Assembly (NCBI GenBank): GCA_963422745.1
Contig: OY730477.1
Location: forward strand, 759,734-823,733
DNA: 64,000 nt
DNA from: Acidimicrobiales bacterium
GTDB lineage: Bacteria; Actinomycetota; Acidimicrobiia; Acidimicrobiales; Aldehydirespiratoraceae
Direction of reading: 5' to 3'
Part shown: positions 58,203 to 64,000 of the stretch, in pieces
Layout: each line of letters starts with the position of its first letter
Position numbering within the stretch: the stretch's first letter is position 1
Made by a program: the position numbers and the translations under genes
The notes under the pieces: model-generated
What the model was told of the DNA's origin: nothing
Seen by the model: the letters and a program-made list of their open reading frames with translations, nothing else
The model's database searches: none

Positions 58203-58669
58203 TGCCGCCGACGTCTCGGCGCTGTGTGCCAGTCGAGGCCTGGCTGATGCATCATCCAGGATTCGGCGATGCGTCCCCCTTCGATCCGGTAATCGCCGAT
58301 GGTGGAGATCACCATCGGGTCACCGGTCGTGAGACTCACGCCCAGCAGGGTCAGGCGGGCGTATACGTGATCGCCTACTTGTTCGATGTGGTCAATGCGC
58401 ACCTCGGTACCGGTCGTGTTGCGGGTGGCATCACCCACCGATCGTCGGTAACCGGACGGTGTTTGGTAAGTCGTGCCCTCGCGTGTGTGACGAACAAACG
58501 ATTCCGTCAACAGTTCCTCAAAAGTGTCGGATCGCTCACCGAGCCAGACGAGGTTCCACAACCGCAAAACTAGATCCACACCCGTTTCGCCGGAACCGAA
58601 CGGGTCACTATGGCTGTCGTCAACCCCACAAACGGGTTGGCTGGGTTCGGTTGGGGATTGCTCGGTCAT
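58199..58669 (-). CDS. SnoaL-like/ester-cyclase (NTF2-fold) family protein
   Basis: The C-terminal pattern GDHVYARLTL.G......G.......I..YRIEGGRIAESW is typical of the family. There is a 4-nt overlap with the channel gene. Confidence 0.5.
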   Translation of the reverse strand: MTEQSPTEPSQPVCGVDDSHSDPFGSGETGVDLVLRLWNLVWLGERSDTFEELLTESFVRHTREGTTYQTPSGYRRSVGDATRNTTGTEVRIDHIEQVGDHVYARLTLLGVSLTTGDPMVISTIGDYRIEGGRIAESWMMHQPGLDWHTAPRRRRQ

Positions 58670-58762
58670 CGGGATCGTTGGCTGTTAAGTCCGCGCAACA
58701 GTAGTTGAGCCATCAGGCCACAATTTCTGTAAGGGATTGCTGGCACTGTAAGGGATTTCTGG

Positions 58763-59983
58763 TCACAGCGGTGGGACATGAGTGGCACGGATCCGGTTGT
58801 GCCAGAGGCCCCCGATGGCTGTGGCGACTAGGACAAGAACACCAAGCGCGGCGAGTGTGTGACGGATTCCGAAGCGATCCGCGAGCAGCCCGATCGGCAG
58901 CGTCACGAGACCCAACGCGCTGAAGCTGAGCATCAGCAAAGACTGGACCCGACCGTGGTACTCCATAGCCGACAGCGAGATGGCAAGCGAGCCGTTGAGC
59001 GACTGAAACGCAGACATAGCCGCACCGACCAAAGCCATTACAACCACTGCACCCCAGAACCAGGGACTTGTTGCGAAACCGATGAGCGACGCTCCCAGCA
59101 CCACTGCGGCGAGCGTGTGACGGCGTTGCAACCTACCTGGGGTGGTGTCGGCGAGCACGATGGACACGATGACAGCCCCTAGCGCGGCCGCGGTCGTCAT
59201 CAGACCCAAAGAGGCGGCATCACGACCGAAGAGGTCCCCCACAACCACGGGCAAAAAGACCTGAACCGGAAACCCGAACACGACTGTGGCCATAGACATC
59301 ACGATGATTCTCATCAGGTCGCTGCGAGCACGGACGTATCTGATGGCGTCGCTGAGATCCTTCAGAGGCCCGCCGGGTCGGCGAAGTGATGGCCCGCTAC
59401 GAGGAAGCAGCATTGTGAGCACGACCGAAACGCCCGAAAGAACCGACCCGATGAAAAAGACACCTCCGAGGCCGACCCAGACCACGCCGATCAGCGTTCC
59501 CGCGATCGCAGGACCCAGGATCCGGGTGGCCTGCAAGCTCATCGTAGACAACATCACCGCGTTGGTCAGCCGGTCTCTTTGTACGAGTTCCGCGATCATC
59601 GCCATCCGGGCGGGTGCAAGCAACGAGATCGCCGCCCCACCCAGTATCGCCGCGGCTACCACCATCCAGTAGGCGACCATTCCCGTCTTGACGGCGGTAC
59701 CCATCGCCACAGCGGTCAGCGTGTTTACCAGCTGGCAACCGATCATGACTGCACGTTTGTCGACCCGGTCTGCGAGCACACCACCGACGGGGATCGCAAC
59801 GAGCCCGGCAAGGCCGAAGCCGAGCATCACCCCGCCGAGGGCAGCGTTGGTCCCGGTGATCTCATATGTGAGCCATGCTCGGGCGATCTGTTGCACCTGC
59901 ATAGCCAAAAAGACGAAAGTGCCACCCCACCAGAGCCGCCGGAAGGTCACGATTCCGAGGCTGTCGAATCGTGAGCTCGTCAC
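58763..59983 (-). CDS. MFS transporter
   Basis: 406 aa, about 12 TM segments, with the GGVLADRVDKR loop motif. Confidence 0.75.
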   Translation of the reverse strand: MTSSRFDSLGIVTFRRLWWGGTFVFLAMQVQQIARAWLTYEITGTNAALGGVMLGFGLAGLVAIPVGGVLADRVDKRAVMIGCQLVNTLTAVAMGTAVKTGMVAYWMVVAAAILGGAAISLLAPARMAMIAELVQRDRLTNAVMLSTMSLQATRILGPAIAGTLIGVVWVGLGGVFFIGSVLSGVSVVLTMLLPRSGPSLRRPGGPLKDLSDAIRYVRARSDLMRIIVMSMATVVFGFPVQVFLPVVVGDLFGRDAASLGLMTTAAALGAVIVSIVLADTTPGRLQRRHTLAAVVLGASLIGFATSPWFWGAVVVMALVGAAMSAFQSLNGSLAISLSAMEYHGRVQSLLMLSFSALGLVTLPIGLLADRFGIRHTLAALGVLVLVATAIGGLWHNRIRATHVPPL

Positions 59984-60090
59984 TCGGGTGCCGCCTCAAG
60001 TCTCGACACGATTCTCGGGTTGGTCATCTCGGTGACCGTAGACGCAGATATGGCCTGCACCGACATCTCTGGGCGTGTCCACACATCGTC

Positions 60091-60255
60091 TGCTCACCCT
60101 GCTGCCGGGGCACAGCGGTGCCTGGCAGCGGAGACCACCCATCCCACACCAGGTGTGCTCACCCTGTCGTCAGGGGCACAGCGGTGCCTGGCAGCGGAGA
60201 CCACCCATCCCACACCAGGTGTGCTCACCCTGTCGTCAGGGGCACAGCGGTGCCC
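60091..60255. repeat. Tandem repeat, 66-bp unit x about 2.5, upstream of the CoA-transferase gene
   Basis: cacagcggtgcc recurs at 60111, 60177 and 60243. Confidence 0.9.
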
Positions 60256-60329
60256 AATCTTGCGAATTTCGTGACCCGCCGCGAACATCATGGGATGCAG
60301 CATCTCTACGAACCAACCGAGATTCGATA

Positions 60330-62807
60330 GTGTCGACCCTGCTCAGCGACATTCGTGTGGTTGACCTAGCTGGCTATCTTGGTGAAGCCACCGGCCGTGT
60401 ACTGGTTGATCTAGGTGCTGAGGTAATAAAAGTTGAGCCCCCTCAAGGCTGCGAGTCTCGCCGCGTGGGACCATTTCGCGACACCGACGGTGAGTCGCTT
60501 CACTGGCAGGCCTGGGGCCGCGGCAAAAAGAGTGTGGTGGCCGATCTCACCTCCCGAACGGATCAGGCCTTGGTGCGTGCGCTCATTGCCAGCACCGACA
60601 TTCTCATCGACACCGCCGAGCCCACCGAACTCTCAGCCGTCGGTCTCGATCCCGACGTTCTAGCCAAGGAGAACCCCGGCCTTATCCATGTGAGCGTTAC
60701 GCCGTTCGGTCTGACCGGACCCCGAGCCGGCCATCGGGGCACCGACATGACGCTTTCTGCTGCAGGCGGCTTCTTGAACCATCAGGGCGACAAGGACCGA
60801 CCCCCGATACCGATCGGGTTCCCGGAGACCTCCAATCACGGTGCGGTGCAGGCCGCCGCGGATGCTCTGGCTGCCTTGTACGAACGTGACCGGTCGGGGC
60901 TCGGGCAGCGACTGGACGTGTCGATGCAAGCCGCTGTGGTCGGAACTTTGTTGTGGAGCAGCAGCTACGCCGTGATCGACAAGAACCCCGGGTTTACTGC
61001 CGATGATCGCGCCGACGGCGGTTCCGACCGTGGTGGCGAAGTGGTTCCCGGTGTGCGCAACCTGGTGCTGGAGGCCTGCGCCGACGGTCATGTGGTGTTG
61101 ATTTTCGTCTTGGGCGAACAGGGGAACAAGGCCTTCGCTGGCACTATGGCCTGGGTCGAGGAGGACGGCTATCTCGACGCCGATTTGTGCGGGCGGAATT
61201 GGGTGAACTGGATCTCTGAGATGCAGTCCGGTGAGTTGGCGGTGTCCGACGGACAACGGGCGATTGAGGCCGTTGTCGCATGGCTCAAGACGAAGACGAA
61301 AGCCGAATTGATGCAACGGTCACTGCGTGACAAGTTGCTGATCGCGCCGTGCAACACCGCCGCTGATCTGTTGGCCGATCCGCAGCTCCAAGCCCGCGAT
61401 TTTTGGGTTGAAGTGGACGGGGTTGTCCACCCCGGCCCGTTCATTGCTATGGACGCAACACCGATCACATACTCTGCCGGTGCGCCCGCTCTGGGAGCTC
61501 ATCAACATTTGCTGCGGACCGACGATTCGGAACCCGAACTGAGCCCGACACCCGAACCGAGCCGGACACCCGAACCGAGCCCGCCTCGCTCAGCGCGTGT
61601 TCGTGGCCCGATCTTCGCCGGGCTGAGGGTTGCTGACTTCACCTGGATGGCAGCTGGCCCGCTCATCACCCGTGAACTCGCTAACCACGGGGCGACGGTT
61701 GTGCACGCCGAAACGATGACCAAGGTCGACACTATGCGGTGGCTACCCCCGTTTCAGGACAACGAAATCGACCCCGACGCGGCCCTGCCCGCCGCCAACG
61801 CAAACCAGTCGAAGCTCGGGCTCGCATGTAACTTCGCGGCTCTTGAAGCGCGCACGGTTATCGAGCGGCTGATCCGCTGGGCCGATGTGATCGTTGAGAA
61901 CTTCCGCCCCGGAACAGCAGGCCGGAACGGCTTCGATTGGGAACACGTCCACAGGCTCAACCCCGGTGCGGTGATGTTGTCGACGTCAATGCGGGGGCAG
62001 ACCGGACCGGAGTCGTCATTCACCGGGTTCGGACTGCAGGGGGCGGCTCTGGGCGGTTATGCCGCCATTACCGGCTGGCCCGATCGTTCGCCCATCGCCC
62101 CGTGGGGTGCCTATACCGATTTCGTATCGCCGAGGTTCGCGTTGGCGGCGCTAATAGCCGCTATCCGTGAGCGCAACCGGACCGGTAAGGGCCAATACCT
62201 TGATCTTTCCCAGAACGAGGCGGGTATTCATTTCCTCGCGCCGATGATTCTGGACTACACAGTCAACGGTCGAGTCCGGCAGCGGGTGGGATACTCAGGT
62301 GAGGATGGTGCCCCCAGCGGGGTGTTCAGGGGAGAGGGCCGCGAGCGTTTCATTGTCGTGTCCGCCGTGGAAGACTCGCACTGGGCTGGCGCACGCACCG
62401 TGATCGCACCGCTGCGAGAACCGCGATTCGATGATCTCGATTCGGAGGCCCGCCGCGAGCGTCGCGCCGAGATTGAGGCTGTCTTCACGACATGGATGGT
62501 GAACCGGGACGTGTTCGAAACGGCAGAGGCTCTGCTTGCTGCTGGCTGCCCAGCGTATGCCTCGTTGCGCCCCACCGATCTCATTCGTGATCCCCAACTC
62601 AAGCATCGTGATTTCTTTGTGCCGTTGCCCCATCGCGTGATTGAAGCCAGATTTGATGGTCCGGTAACTCTGTTCTCGGCCACGCCCGCTGTGCCATGGC
62701 GGGCAGGACCCACGATCGGGGAGAATACCGAGGAGGTACTTCGGGATCATCTGGGATTCCACGACGAAGAGATAACAGATCTGGCTACGGCAGGGGTCTT
62801 GACGTGA
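60330..62807 (+). CDS. Tandem fusion of two family III (CaiB/BaiF) CoA-transferase modules
   Basis: Module 1: IRVVDLAGYLGEATGRVLVDLGAEVIKVE. Module 2: LRVADFTWMAAGPLITRELANHGATVVHAE ... VIVENFRPG. A PEPS-rich linker lies near 61540-61590. The GTG at 60330 is preferred, because the first 85 codons of the track ORF translate the 66-bp repeat. Confidence 0.7.
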   Translation: MSTLLSDIRVVDLAGYLGEATGRVLVDLGAEVIKVEPPQGCESRRVGPFRDTDGESLHWQAWGRGKKSVVADLTSRTDQALVRALIASTDILIDTAEPTELSAVGLDPDVLAKENPGLIHVSVTPFGLTGPRAGHRGTDMTLSAAGGFLNHQGDKDRPPIPIGFPETSNHGAVQAAADALAALYERDRSGLGQRLDVSMQAAVVGTLLWSSSYAVIDKNPGFTADDRADGGSDRGGEVVPGVRNLVLEACADGHVVLIFVLGEQGNKAFAGTMAWVEEDGYLDADLCGRNWVNWISEMQSGELAVSDGQRAIEAVVAWLKTKTKAELMQRSLRDKLLIAPCNTAADLLADPQLQARDFWVEVDGVVHPGPFIAMDATPITYSAGAPALGAHQHLLRTDDSEPELSPTPEPSRTPEPSPPRSARVRGPIFAGLRVADFTWMAAGPLITRELANHGATVVHAETMTKVDTMRWLPPFQDNEIDPDAALPAANANQSKLGLACNFAALEARTVIERLIRWADVIVENFRPGTAGRNGFDWEHVHRLNPGAVMLSTSMRGQTGPESSFTGFGLQGAALGGYAAITGWPDRSPIAPWGAYTDFVSPRFALAALIAAIRERNRTGKGQYLDLSQNEAGIHFLAPMILDYTVNGRVRQRVGYSGEDGAPSGVFRGEGRERFIVVSAVEDSHWAGARTVIAPLREPRFDDLDSEARRERRAEIEAVFTTWMVNRDVFETAEALLAAGCPAYASLRPTDLIRDPQLKHRDFFVPLPHRVIEARFDGPVTLFSATPAVPWRAGPTIGENTEEVLRDHLGFHDEEITDLATAGVLT

Positions 62808-63102
62808 TTCCGCAATTGGTGCCTGTGGAAACGGGCGATTGGAAATGGCGATGACTACACCGGGAGGCAATCTGAATCGGGCCAGATTCAACGCCGGTGA
62901 GAATATGATTTCCCCGACCACGATTTCGCCCGACTATTCGTCAGGGTGGCGCTGTCAGCGACCGCACGCCTGATTGAATGCGGGTTGATGAGCAGCCCGG
63001 GGATTGTCCGCCGTCGGCGGGGTGACGACCGCACGCCCGATTGAATGCGCATTGACTGGTCTGTTGCTATGGGTCAGGTGACGAACTGCTACTTGTAGTG
63101 GC

Positions 63103-63122
63103 CCACATTGTGCACAATGTGG
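63103..63122. promoter_or_regulatory. Perfect 20-bp palindrome ccacattgtgcacaatgtgg (candidate operator or hairpin)
   Basis: Read directly. It is intergenic, between the CoA-transferase gene and tRNA-Pro. Confidence 0.3.
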
Positions 63123-63206
63123 CAACCAAAACTCCCAAGGCGTTGTCTCTCAAGGTGTCTATAGCGGCCCGGGCTTCAACCCGGTACATGTCTGCGCGAC
63201 ATCAAA

Positions 63207-63283
63207 TGGTCGGGACGGCGGGATTTGAACCCACGACCCCCTGCTCCCAAAGCAGGTGCGCTACCTAGCTGCGCCACGTCCCG
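63207..63283 (-). tRNA. tRNA-Pro (anticodon TGG), CCA encoded
   Basis: The reverse complement CGGGACGTGGCGCAGCTAGGTAGCGCACCTGCTTTGGGAGCAGGGGGTCGTGGGTTCAAATCCCGCCGTCCCGACCA folds as a cloverleaf. Confidence 0.9.
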
Positions 63284-63391
63284 AAACTTGGTGTTGACTG
63301 TACTTGTCGCTATTCACTTACTGCTTGTCGTGAGGCTGTTGCGTGTGAGTAGATCAATTGTTCAAGTAGCGGCCGGTCGTCAACTGCCGGG

Positions 63392-64000
63392 TTAGCGGTT
63401 GCGGGGCAGCCCCAGATGCATCTCGGCTATGAGGTTACGGCTGATCTCGCTTGTGCCGCCGTAGATGGTGGTGACCGGCGAATGACGAACATGTTCTTCA
63501 ACCAACCCACCGAGCGGAGCGTCCGCGTTGTGATGCGTCAACAGCCCGTCTGGGCCCAACAGGTCCTGGAGTTCTTGGCAGTGACGTTTGTACGCCTCCG
63601 ACGAGAACAGTTTGGTCATCGACCCTTCGACCCCGAACATGACACCCGATGAGGCGAGCGATGCCGTGTGATAGGCAAGACTTCGGCAGACCTCAACGTC
63701 AATCATGGCGCGCAACAGCGTTTCACGCACGGTCGGGTCATCAAGCATGGCTGACCCGTCGGGCATCGACTGTGTGCGAATCCACGAAATCGCAGCGTCA
63801 ATCACCGGCGGTGATGGAAGCTGCCCACCTGTGACTCCACGTTCATATTTGAGTGCGGTCTTCATCACCTCCCAGCCTCCGTTGATCTCCCCAACCCGAT
63901 ACCGATCAGGTAGCCGCACGTCGTCATAGAACGTTGCGTTGGAGCGCTCGGTCCCCATCGTGTGCACGGCTTGGATCTCGATCCCGGGAAGGTCCAGCGG
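63392..64000 (-). CDS. Acyl-CoA dehydrogenase family protein, C-terminal part (gene continues beyond the window)
   Basis: The C-terminus ..IYGGTSEISRNLIAEMHLGLPR is typical of ACADs. The frame stays open to the window edge. Confidence 0.7.
   Translation of the reverse strand, partial: PLDLPGIEIQAVHTMGTERSNATFYDDVRLPDRYRVGEINGGWEVMKTALKYERGVTGGQLPSPPVIDAAISWIRTQSMPDGSAMLDDPTVRETLLRAMIDVEVCRSLAYHTASLASSGVMFGVEGSMTKLFSSEAYKRHCQELQDLLGPDGLLTHHNADAPLGGLVEEHVRHSPVTTIYGGTSEISRNLIAEMHLGLPRNR

Noticed and set aside
60075-60329. First 85 codons of ORF 60075..62807
   Set aside because: They translate the 66-bp repeat. The canonical CoA-transferase N-terminus (IRVVDL.G..G...) begins right after the in-frame GTG at 60330.

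Overview
This is a 64 kb stretch of a high-GC, actinobacterial-style chromosome. The style shows in gltX followed by tRNA-Gln and tRNA-Glu, ATGA-coupled operons and leaderless-type starts. I had no similarity searches, so every family call rests on motifs read by eye from the ORF track and the DNA.

Layout:
- (a) 1..10.9 kb holds a lower-GC tandem array of at least three diverged cassettes of about 4.2-4.5 kb. Each carries a 3' remnant of a xanthine-dehydrogenase-family gene, a MoaD/ThiS-like protein ending in GG, a lipoprotein that looks like a free-standing protease pro-domain, and a secreted S1 (alpha-lytic/streptogrisin-like) protease with 3 FN3 domains. Only the middle protease copy is intact.
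- (b) 10.9-13 kb holds an MFS transporter and a SET-domain protein.
- (c) 13-25.6 kb is a quaternary-amine (glycine-betaine-type) island: an MttB-family methyltransferase, a Rieske oxygenase, a DMGDH-like enzyme and proV/proX/proW. A low-GC, repeat-rich secreted FN3 protein and a 34-aa micro-ORF interrupt proX and proW.
- (d) 26-35 kb holds metY, a hydrolase and an acyl-CoA cluster (enoyl-CoA hydratase, acyl-CoA ligase, CoA-transferase, carboxyltransferase).
- (e) 35-41 kb holds serC, aspC, a frameshifted S9 peptidase and a 2-hydroxyacid dehydrogenase.
- (f) 41-47 kb holds a sunset-domain protein and two tandem beta-propeller lipoprotein paralogs.
- (g) 47-57 kb is housekeeping: leuDC, greA, leuB, ilvE, cimA, gltX, tRNA-Gln and tRNA-Glu.
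- (h) 57-64 kb holds a K+ channel, a SnoaL-like protein, an MFS transporter, a fused double CoA-transferase, tRNA-Pro and a partial acyl-CoA dehydrogenase.

The most system-like novelty is the protease/prodomain-lipoprotein/Ubl cassette array. A second pervasive feature is the very high density of tandem minisatellites, in three settings:
- Intergenic: 67 bp x8, 66 bp x2.5 (two loci), 36 bp x8 and 19-20 bp x7.
- Spanning gene 3' ends: 138 bp x2 at ilvE and 105 bp x4 at gltX.
- In-frame inside many genes.

I saw no CRISPR array, transposase, integrase or rRNA.
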